Notes under the pieces: generated by a model
Told to the model about the DNA's origin: nothing
The model's database searches: none
Seen by the model: only the letters and a program-made list of their open reading frames with translations
Shown here: positions 17,903-28,803 of the stretch, in pieces
Numbering within the stretch: the first letter of the stretch is position 1
How the letters are laid out: every line of letters starts with the position of its first letter
Source of the DNA: Eubacteriales bacterium
GTDB lineage: Bacteria; Bacillota; Clostridia; Oscillospirales; CAG-272
Direction: 5' to 3'
Length of the DNA: 32,866 bases
NCBI GenBank assembly: GCA_051893885.1
Contig: JBJFHS010000300.1
Span: forward strand, 1 to 32,866
Position numbers and translations under genes: made by a program

Positions 17903-18997
17903 ATGATTCATAAAGCAAAAGAAACCATGACCTCTCGGGAAAGAGTTCTGCGGACCTTTGACCATGCGCCGGTGGACCGTCTGGCAATCGACTATTCAGC
18001 CAATCCTATCATTCATGGGAAGTTCGCTGCGGCAATAGGGTGTCAGTCCGCCGGTTACGAAACATTTCTCGACGCTCTCGGTGTGGATTTTCGCGGAATA
18101 GGCGTCAGTTACTGCGGCCCGAATCTCTTTGAACCGATGCCCGGACGTGCGACAGACCCGGTGTACGGCTGCAGAACCAGATGGGTGGAGAACGATTCCG
18201 GCGGTTACAACGATTTCTGTGATTTTCCGCTGCTTGACGCCGAGCCGGAAGAAATCGCCGCTTTCCCGGTGCCGAGTGCGGATGATTTTGACTACGGGCA
18301 CGTAAAGGATATCTTAAAAGTCTGGGACAGATATGCGCTGTACGTGGGAAACCCGGGAAACGCGGACATCATCAACGCCACCGGACGGGTCATGGGAATG
18401 GAGCAGACTCTTATCAACCTCATCATGGAGGATGAAGCGACGCTGACCTACATAAGCCGCCGTTGCGATATGGAGCTGGGGATTCTGGAGCGGATTCTCG
18501 ACCGTGCTGAGGGGAGAATCGATTTCCTGTTCTTCGGCGAGGACCTCGGAACACAGCACACGCCGCTCATCAGCCTTGACTTGTACCGAAAAGTTCTCAA
18601 GCCGTTCCACAAGCACTATACCGACCTCGCAAAAGCATACGGAATTCCGGTCATGGTGCATTCCTGCGGCAGCTCGAGCTGGGCGTTTGAGGACTTTATC
18701 GAAATCGGAGTCCGCGCGGTGGATACTCTCCAGCCCGAGGCTGCCGCGATGTCTCCGGCTTATCTGAAGGAACACTTCGGCACTCGGCTTTCGTTCCACG
18801 GCGGAATCTCCACGGCAGGCACGCTTGTGAACGGAACTCCCGAACAGGTGCGTGAGATGGTATTTGAAACGGCGGAAATCTTCAATCGCGGCGGCGGATA
18901 TTTCCTCGCTCCCACGCACATGATTCAGGACAATACGCCGGTGGAAAACATTGTCGCAATGTATCAGGCGGCGCACGATTTCAGAACCGAGCAATAA
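17903..18997 (+). CDS. URO-D/MtaA-CmuA family protein, paralog 4
   Basis: MTSRERV..PVDR, MGMEQTL, GEDLGTQ, MVHSCG, LQPE, FHGGIST, GTPEQV, APTHMIQ, PVENI; AAGGAG RBS. Confidence 0.88.
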   Translation: MIHKAKETMTSRERVLRTFDHAPVDRLAIDYSANPIIHGKFAAAIGCQSAGYETFLDALGVDFRGIGVSYCGPNLFEPMPGRATDPVYGCRTRWVENDSGGYNDFCDFPLLDAEPEEIAAFPVPSADDFDYGHVKDILKVWDRYALYVGNPGNADIINATGRVMGMEQTLINLIMEDEATLTYISRRCDMELGILERILDRAEGRIDFLFFGEDLGTQHTPLISLDLYRKVLKPFHKHYTDLAKAYGIPVMVHSCGSSSWAFEDFIEIGVRAVDTLQPEAAAMSPAYLKEHFGTRLSFHGGISTAGTLVNGTPEQVREMVFETAEIFNRGGGYFLAPTHMIQDNTPVENIVAMYQAAHDFRTEQ

Positions 18998-19027
18998 CCG
19001 ACGCGGAAATTATTTTATATTCAAGAG

Positions 19028-19077
19028 AAGCCCTGTCTCAGGCGGTGTGTATCGCTTTGGCAGGGTTTTGTCTTTTT
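19028..19077 (+). terminator. Intrinsic terminator
   Basis: AAGCCCTGTC...GGCAGGGTTT stem followed by T-rich tract. Confidence 0.6.
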
Positions 19078-19132
19078 CCGTTTCGGAAATTGCCGAATTA
19101 AAATCCCGACAAAAATAATTATTTATATATTA

Positions 19133-19161
19133 TTGACAAAAAGAAGTGCCTCGTATATAAT
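19133..19161 (+). promoter_or_regulatory. Consensus sigma70 promoter of the GH172 gene cluster
   Basis: TTGACA-17 nt-TATAAT, AT-rich upstream element. Confidence 0.8.
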
Positions 19162-19199
19162 CTGAAAATAAGAAGTGCTGAAAAAAGGAGGAAAAAATC

Positions 19200-20285
19200 A
19201 TGTTTTCGGAGAACGAACTGATTTTAAGAAAAAAAGTAAAGAGCAGATCCATTTCCGCTGAAAATCCAACCGGCGGCAAGGGAATGGGTGCTATGGCGGA
19301 GGAAGGCCCGTGCAGCCGATGTGCAGAGGGATTCGGTGAAGACGGACGCGGAAAAGGCTGGAAGCTGCGGCCGAGCATCAGTATCGCGCCCGGAGAAACA
19401 GCGCTTCTTGCCGACATTGAGGGTCCCGGGACGATCAAAACCATGTGGTTCACGGGATGTCTGGGGAGGGATTATATTCTCCGCATTTACTGGGAGGATC
19501 AGGAAAAACCTTCTGTTGAAGTGCCGCTTCCGGACTTTTTCGGTGCAGGATGGAACGATGCGGAAAACAAAATTCCCATGGAGTTTGCCCCGATTGATTC
19601 TGCCATGATAGCGGTGTGCCCTACCTTCGGATTCAACAGCTTCTGGCCGATGCCTTTCCGTAAACGGTGCCGCATCACCATGGAAAACCGCAACGTGACC
19701 AATGCGCAGCTGTATTATCAGATAAACTACGAGCTGGGAGAAGTATCGGACGATATTCTTTATTTCCATGCACAGTGGAGGCGTGTTCACAATGTGCCGG
19801 ACATGGAGCCGTACACCATTCTCGACAATGTAAAGGGCAGCGGACATTATGTGGGAACCATGCTGCACATCGGAATCAACGGGCCGAATCTGTGGTGGGG
19901 CGAGGGCGAAGTGAAATTCTACATTGACGGCGACGGTGAATACCCAACTATCTGCGGCACAGGCACGGAGGACTATTTCGGCGGTGCATGGGGATGGGGA
20001 GACAAAAGCTACAGCACACAGTATCTCGGCGTTCATCTCATGCATCAGCCTGCCGGCGGAGAGGATATGCAGCAGAGATTTGCAATGTACCGCTGGCACG
20101 TGAAGGACCCCGTTATTTTTGAGCACGACCTGAGAGTTACAATTCAGGATTTAGGCTGGAGACGGAACGGACGCCGCTATCTGTCGAGAAACGATGATTT
20201 TTCTTCGGTCGCATACTGGTATCAGACCCTGCCCGCAGCGGAATTCCCGCCTCTTCCCAACAGAGACTACATGGAAGTAATATGA
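19200..20285 (+). CDS. GH172 (DUF2961) glycoside hydrolase
   Basis: SRSISAENPTGGKG, GPGTI..MWFT, PSVEVPL.DFF, WPMPF, YFHAQW, WWGEGE, GTGTEDYF, YRWH..DPV.F, SVAYWYQ; AGGAGG RBS. Confidence 0.9.
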   Translation: MFSENELILRKKVKSRSISAENPTGGKGMGAMAEEGPCSRCAEGFGEDGRGKGWKLRPSISIAPGETALLADIEGPGTIKTMWFTGCLGRDYILRIYWEDQEKPSVEVPLPDFFGAGWNDAENKIPMEFAPIDSAMIAVCPTFGFNSFWPMPFRKRCRITMENRNVTNAQLYYQINYELGEVSDDILYFHAQWRRVHNVPDMEPYTILDNVKGSGHYVGTMLHIGINGPNLWWGEGEVKFYIDGDGEYPTICGTGTEDYFGGAWGWGDKSYSTQYLGVHLMHQPAGGEDMQQRFAMYRWHVKDPVIFEHDLRVTIQDLGWRRNGRRYLSRNDDFSSVAYWYQTLPAAEFPPLPNRDYMEVI

Positions 20286-20359
20286 GCAGTCGCGTGCTGT
20301 CAGATTTATGATGCATAGACGTAAAGCTACACTTTTTTATTAAAAAAGGAGGTAAATTT

Positions 20360-21379
20360 ATGAGCGAAAGAGAACTGAAAGTCAGTGCAAGTCCTCTGGT
20401 TCCGACCCGGGTCGTGAAGGGCGCGATTTTAGAGGAATGGGAAAGATTGGGTGGAGTCTCATCTCCGCTCGGTTATCCGACAGCGAATGAAATTACATAC
20501 CGTGGCGGTGGTGCTCAGCAGCGTTTTCAGCGCGGTGTCATCGTATATCACCCGGAGCACGGCGCACATTACATCAGCGGAAAGTTTTATTACCACTGGG
20601 CTGACCAGATGGGCGTCAACGGGCCGTATATGTATCCCACCGATGATCCTCATGAGTGCGGCGGCGTGACGGTACAGCATTTTATGGGCGGCAGCATTTC
20701 CTCCGATATGCCGGAAATCCGGGACGGTATTGATCTGCGTGGCGAATTCCGGCGGCGCGGCATCGAAATCCGAAATCAGGGCGCGAGGGGAACCTGTTCC
20801 GTTCATGCGATGGTTGCGGTGCTTGATTTTTTGTATTCGGGACTTCTCGGAAGCGCGTATAACCATCTTTCCGTGGAATACGCCAACCATTTCGGAAACG
20901 TGGCGGCAAATGTCAGAAGCGACGGGCACTATTTCAGCGAAGTGGCTGCCGGATATGATGAGTTCGGCATTGTACCCGACAGCATCTGGCCTTACAACCG
21001 CGAATGGACGTATGACTTTGATGCAGGTCAGCGATTTGCAAGCGAGGATATGATAAACACCGGCAGGCAGCTGATTAAAGGAAATCTCCGAATGAAGGGG
21101 AGATTTATCAAGGAAATCGACGGTAAAGCGGGTCTGAGCCGGGAGCAGTTTGACGATTTTATTTCCGTTCTGGACAGCGGAATTCCGGTTGCCGTCGGAC
21201 GTGACCACTCGCTGTGCGCCGTCGGATACCGCAGAGACCCCGCGCAGCCCGGCGGAGGTATAATAATCTTCCGGAACAGCTGGGGAACCAATCCCGATTT
21301 CACCGGATATCAGACTGAGACGTTTGAAAATGTCATAAACACGGTGTTCGATATTTATTCCTACACTCTGTCGGAATAA
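20360..21379 (+). CDS. Papain-like (C1) cysteine peptidase with two N-terminal LGFP-like repeats
   Basis: GAILEEW..LGG.SSPLGYPT..E...QRFQRG.I repeat and a second degenerate copy; IDLR, RNQGARGTC (catalytic Cys), DHSLCAVGY (His), FRNSWG (Asn); AGGAGG RBS. Confidence 0.8.
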   Translation: MSERELKVSASPLVPTRVVKGAILEEWERLGGVSSPLGYPTANEITYRGGGAQQRFQRGVIVYHPEHGAHYISGKFYYHWADQMGVNGPYMYPTDDPHECGGVTVQHFMGGSISSDMPEIRDGIDLRGEFRRRGIEIRNQGARGTCSVHAMVAVLDFLYSGLLGSAYNHLSVEYANHFGNVAANVRSDGHYFSEVAAGYDEFGIVPDSIWPYNREWTYDFDAGQRFASEDMINTGRQLIKGNLRMKGRFIKEIDGKAGLSREQFDDFISVLDSGIPVAVGRDHSLCAVGYRRDPAQPGGGIIIFRNSWGTNPDFTGYQTETFENVINTVFDIYSYTLSE

Positions 21380-21441
21380 AGCGTCACCGCTTAAACAAAA
21401 CAAAGAAAGGATGCCGAGCTATTGTTGGGCAAAGCAAAAAA

Positions 21442-22635
21442 ATGATATACAGCGAAAGATACGGCAGAGCGGAATCGGCAATGCGTGAAAACGGAATCGG
21501 CGCGTGGCTGATCTGCGGCAGGGAGTCACATTTTCTGACGGAGCCTGCGCTCAACTATATGATGCCGACGTATGCTCTGCGACGTACCGCAGTCATTCTG
21601 ACCTCATCCGGCGGGCGCATCTGCGTTTGTCATGACATTGAATCTGAAGAAATCGAGCGGTTCGGGGTATTCGACACCCTGCTCCGCTACGGCAAGGTCT
21701 CCGATTTTGAAGCGAATCTGACGGAAGCGCTGAAGTCTATTCCAAAGGACAAGCCTCTCGCCCTTGATTATTCCGACGTTGACCCATCAAGCGACGGTCT
21801 CTCCCACTCGGACTATGAGATGGTGTCAAAAATCCTCACTCAGCTTCAGTTTTCCGGCGGAACTGTTTCCGCTCAGCCGATCATGAGACATATACGCGGC
21901 GAAAAAAGCGATGAAGAAGCGGATAAGATTGCCGCCGCCGTTTCATGCGCAATGGAAATATACGAAGAAGCCCGCCCGCTGATTCATGTGGGGATGTCGG
22001 GCATGGATGTGCAGCAGCTGTTTCACCGGCTTGTGTCGGAGAGAGGCTGCGGATACTCGTGGCACGAGGCTTACAACCCGTATGTTTCGGTGGGATGCCG
22101 CTCCAGCTTCAACTGCAAAATGCCGCCCGACGATGTTTTTATCCGCGAGGGAGACGTCGTGAACGTGGATTTCGGCATACAGCTCGACGGCTTTGCATCG
22201 GACAACCAGCGCACCTTTTACGCTCTGCGAACATCAGAGGGCGAAACGGAACCGCCGGAAGAAGTACAGCGCGCACTTATGGCACTGCAGGAAGTCAACG
22301 CAGGGGTCTGCCGTGCGATGAAGCCGGGTGTCGATTCAAACTCTCTCGGAGAAATCGGCAGGAGAATCATGGCAGAGTACGGCTATGACCCCGAAAAATA
22401 CGGCAGCTATGGCCACGAGATCGGCATTTACGCCCACAACGGAGGAATAGGCGCCGGACGTCACAGCGTAAACAACGGTCAGGACACAACGCTGCTTCGG
22501 AACATGACCTTTACGCTGGAGCCCGCCGTGGTCACATCCTATGGCAGAGTATGTCAGGAAGAGGTCGTCCGCGTCACGGATAACGGCGGTGTGATGCTCA
22601 GCGTTCCGCAAAAAGAAGTGTGGATAATCCGATAA
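21442..22635 (+). CDS. M24 family metallopeptidase (Xaa-Pro aminopeptidase-like)
   Basis: RGEKSDEE, VNVDFG, ASDNQRT, YGHEIG..AH, FTLEP, QEEVV metal-ligand motifs. Confidence 0.85.
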   Translation: MIYSERYGRAESAMRENGIGAWLICGRESHFLTEPALNYMMPTYALRRTAVILTSSGGRICVCHDIESEEIERFGVFDTLLRYGKVSDFEANLTEALKSIPKDKPLALDYSDVDPSSDGLSHSDYEMVSKILTQLQFSGGTVSAQPIMRHIRGEKSDEEADKIAAAVSCAMEIYEEARPLIHVGMSGMDVQQLFHRLVSERGCGYSWHEAYNPYVSVGCRSSFNCKMPPDDVFIREGDVVNVDFGIQLDGFASDNQRTFYALRTSEGETEPPEEVQRALMALQEVNAGVCRAMKPGVDSNSLGEIGRRIMAEYGYDPEKYGSYGHEIGIYAHNGGIGAGRHSVNNGQDTTLLRNMTFTLEPAVVTSYGRVCQEEVVRVTDNGGVMLSVPQKEVWIIR

Positions 22636-22657
22636 AAATAAAAACTGAAAACAGGAT

Positions 22658-23239
22658 ATGCTTATGATAAACAAAAATATTACAATCCGGCCGGAGGAAC
22701 ACAGGGATTATAAGAGCATTGTTTCTCTGATTCTGCGCTCTTTTCGGGAAGGAACGGACTATTCCGACGGAACCGATATTATTGCATTGGTGGAGGAAAT
22801 CAGGGATTCAGAATATAATATACCGGAGCTCTCCTTTGTCGCGGAACTCGATGGCAAGGTGGTAGGACACTTTTTGTTTTCAAAATTCCCGCTGTCACCC
22901 ACAAGGGATGGAGGACACAGCAATAATACAGATTCGGGAATCGTAATGCTTGCGCCGGTATCCGTCCATGCCGATTATTTCCGACGCGGAATCGGAAGTG
23001 CCATGCTGCTGATGGGAATTGAAAAAGTGCGGGAGGCGGGTTACAGGGGCATAACCGTTGAAGGAAATTATAATTTTTATAACCGTGTTGGATTCAGAAC
23101 ATCATCGGAATACAACATTTTCCCGACAAGCGGATATCCGATGAAGGAACCCAGATGCATGATGTGTCAGGAGACTTATAAAGGCTCGCTTGCCGGCATA
23201 CATGGCTATATCGTTTATGATATGTACTTCAATGCATAA
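22658..23239 (+). CDS. GNAT family N-acetyltransferase (YhbS-like)
   Basis: IRPE, ELSFVAE..GKVVGH, LAPVSV, RRGIGS acetyl-CoA motif, FYNRVGF; true start may be ATG 22664. Confidence 0.85.
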   Translation: MLMINKNITIRPEEHRDYKSIVSLILRSFREGTDYSDGTDIIALVEEIRDSEYNIPELSFVAELDGKVVGHFLFSKFPLSPTRDGGHSNNTDSGIVMLAPVSVHADYFRRGIGSAMLLMGIEKVREAGYRGITVEGNYNFYNRVGFRTSSEYNIFPTSGYPMKEPRCMMCQETYKGSLAGIHGYIVYDMYFNA

Positions 23240-23260
23240 AATCTGAGCCGCCTACAAACA

Positions 23261-23305
23261 AAAAGCAGAGATTTCATTTTTTCTGAAAGAAACCTCTGCA
23301 TTTTT
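23261..23305. terminator. Bidirectional intrinsic terminator
   Basis: AAAA-GCAGAGATTTC...GAAACCTCTGC-ATTTTT between convergent genes. Confidence 0.6.
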
Positions 23306-23362
23306 ATTTATGCCGTTTTACGGTATTATATTACAGTATCGGTACATCTGTACGGGAGCGAA

Positions 23363-26468
<3,106 letters not shown>

Positions 26469-26560
26469 TATGTGTTTGCTTTTTTTGATATATTTTTCTC
26501 TCACTCCTGACCGGCGGAAAAAATAAACGCACCGCGCCCGAAATTTCTGCACAAAAACCA

Positions 26561-26589
26561 TTGACAAAAGCCAAAGAATATGTGATAAT
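26561..26589 (+). promoter_or_regulatory. sigma70-type promoter of the GH43 lipoprotein
   Basis: TTGACA-17 nt-GATAAT with TG extension. Confidence 0.7.
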
Positions 26590-26643
26590 TTACAATGAAT
26601 GATTCAATTGTCGCCGGATATTATTTGAGCGGGGTATATTAAT

Positions 26644-28062
26644 ATGAAGAAATTTAAGCTGTGCGCGGCTTTGCTGATTTTGTTTCTGACGCTTGTTTCG
26701 TGCGGTCAAAGCGGTGCCGGCACAGAGGGAGAATCGGCTGACCTCACTGAAAACAGTACTGCAAGCAGTGAGGCGGAGGAAAAGGAAATCGTTTTCGCGT
26801 CACAGAGTGAGGAGAGTCCGTTCCGTCTTGTGTACAACGTCGATGTGCCTGAGGCTGAAAGGGACGACATTCTCTCAATCCGCGCCGCAGTGAAGGACGA
26901 GCTTGGCGTCGTAATAAAGCCGCTCGACGATTTTGACCCGAAAAACGAGGCGGAGTGCGAGATAATCGTGAATTCCATGCGCAGAGGCGAGTCGGCGGAG
27001 ATACTTGAATCGCTGGGTGAGTTTGAATATGCCATAAAGACGGTTGTTACCGACGAAAAAACAAGTATAATTATTGCATACAAAGGAGAATATGCGCGTA
27101 TGTGTGCTGTTGAACGCTTTATAAACGACTATGTAAAAGACGGAGAAGGAAAAATCCCGTCAGGTCTCGACATCCGTGAAGAATGCCGCCCGAACATTAT
27201 TGAATCGGACATCGAGTGCCTTCGCGACCCGTGTGTGATTTATGACGGCGGGGTGTATTATGTTTACGGAACCGGCTGGAAATGCTATCGGAACTCCACG
27301 GGCTCGCTTGAGAGCGGATGGGAGGGGCCGTACAGCGTGGTTGAGATGCCTGCGGGACACGAGAGCGAGGGCGGATGTCACTGGGCTCCCGAGGTTCACA
27401 GATACAACGGCTCGTTCTATATGTTTACTACATATCTGTCGAACAAAACCAATCACCGCGGATGCGTCATTCTGAAGTCCGACAGCCCGATGGGACCGTT
27501 CAGACCGATTTCCGACAGCTATGTCACCCCGCAGGACTGGGATTCGATCGACGGCACGTTCTATGTCGACGAGGGCGGTCAGCCGTGGATGGTTTTCGTT
27601 CACGAGTGGACTTCAACTGACGACGGCGTGGGACGTATGGCGGCTGCGAAGCTCTCCGACGACCTGACGCACTTCATATCCGAGCCGATCGAGCTGTTCC
27701 GCGCCGACGACCCGTCATGGTCAAAGGGCGGTGTGACGGACGGATGCTGGATGTACAGAACAGAGGCGGGAAGCCTGATAATGATATGGTCCAACTGGGA
27801 CAATGCGGGATATTGCGTTGGAATCGCGCGCAGTGAATCCGGCAGCATTGAGGGCCCGTGGGTTCAGGAAGACGCCCTTCTCTACTCCAAAAATCTCTCC
27901 GGCAAATACGACGGCGGCCACGGAATGATTTTCACCCACACCGACGGATGTCTGTACCTCTCGATCCACTCCCCGAACAATGCTGATGCCGGACGTCCGG
28001 AAAAGCCTGTGTTCGTCCCGCTGATCGAGGAAAACGACACCCTTGTATGGAACAGGCAGTGA
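26644..28062 (+). CDS. Lipoprotein with C-terminal GH43 catalytic domain
   Basis: MKK + hydrophobic core + LVSC lipobox; acidic S/T/E linker; RDPC, HWAPEVH, PMGPF, IDGTF, VHEW, TDG, GGHGMIF motifs. Confidence 0.88.
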   Translation: MKKFKLCAALLILFLTLVSCGQSGAGTEGESADLTENSTASSEAEEKEIVFASQSEESPFRLVYNVDVPEAERDDILSIRAAVKDELGVVIKPLDDFDPKNEAECEIIVNSMRRGESAEILESLGEFEYAIKTVVTDEKTSIIIAYKGEYARMCAVERFINDYVKDGEGKIPSGLDIREECRPNIIESDIECLRDPCVIYDGGVYYVYGTGWKCYRNSTGSLESGWEGPYSVVEMPAGHESEGGCHWAPEVHRYNGSFYMFTTYLSNKTNHRGCVILKSDSPMGPFRPISDSYVTPQDWDSIDGTFYVDEGGQPWMVFVHEWTSTDDGVGRMAAAKLSDDLTHFISEPIELFRADDPSWSKGGVTDGCWMYRTEAGSLIMIWSNWDNAGYCVGIARSESGSIEGPWVQEDALLYSKNLSGKYDGGHGMIFTHTDGCLYLSIHSPNNADAGRPEKPVFVPLIEENDTLVWNRQ

Positions 28063-28142
28063 TTTTGTCCGATGTGGGGGATTGTGCCCAAAAAAACCGC
28101 GAAATAAAATGAAATAAAATTTGAGAAAAATCAAAAAAACAC

Positions 28143-28171
28143 TTGACAAACCCGTGATAAAGTGATATAAT
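28143..28171 (+). promoter_or_regulatory. Strong stable-RNA promoter of the tRNA operon
   Basis: TTGACA-17 nt-TATAAT with TG extension, preceded by phased A-tracts (about 28089-28141) resembling an UP element. Confidence 0.85.
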
Positions 28172-28217
28172 GGTAGAGCATCAAGGGAAAACCTCTCGTA
28201 CTAACGTGGGAGAACGT

Positions 28218-28303
28218 GCCGGAGTGGCGGAATTGGCAGACGCCCGGGACTTAAAATCCCGTGTAACGAGAGTTACGTACCGGTTCAAGCCCGGTCTCCG
28301 GCA
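28218..28303 (+). tRNA. tRNA-Leu(UAA)
   Basis: Acceptor GCCGGAG/CTCCGGC+A, anticodon arm CGGGA-CTTAAAA-TCCCG, long variable arm GTAAC-GAGA-GTTAC, T arm ACCGG-TTCAAGC-CCGGT; CCA not encoded. Confidence 0.95.
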
Positions 28304-28325
28304 TTCCTTTTGATGAATTATATAT

Positions 28326-28400
<75 letters not shown>

Positions 28401-28410
28401 TCGAAAATAG

Positions 28411-28441
28411 CCCTTGGATGAACGTCCGAGGGTGTTTTTTT
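28411..28441 (+). terminator. Intrinsic terminator of the tRNA operon
   Basis: CCCTTGGA...TCCGAGGG stem followed by TGTTTTTTT. Confidence 0.75.
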
Positions 28442-28803
28442 GCTGTTTTTTAGTTAAAGTGTGCCAAAATACATGTGCCGATAGGGTCAACTGATGCGGT
28501 TTTACCCACATTTTACCCCCTAATCCGCGTAAAATTTTTCGTCGGTTTTATGAGAGTAATTTGAGTAAATTGCACAAATCAAATAAAAATTAAACCTCGC
28601 TAATTCCCTTTCAGCCTGATTTTGGCTATACTGATATTGCAATCTGCTTTGTGTTCAAATCTTGAATTCAGTATTTCAATCCGTAAATATTTACACTATC
28701 CTTGATTTTATTAGCCTGTATGCTTATAATATACTCATAAACATTAAGTGCATAAGATTTCTTTTTGCTTGCAACTGTATAATCATGTACACAGGGAAAA
28801 CAT

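Noticed and set aside
2051-18997. Calling the URO-D-fold genes hemE (heme biosynthesis)
   Set aside because: None has the HemE RQAGR motif, they carry HxC/xxC metal motifs, and no tetrapyrrole genes are nearby.
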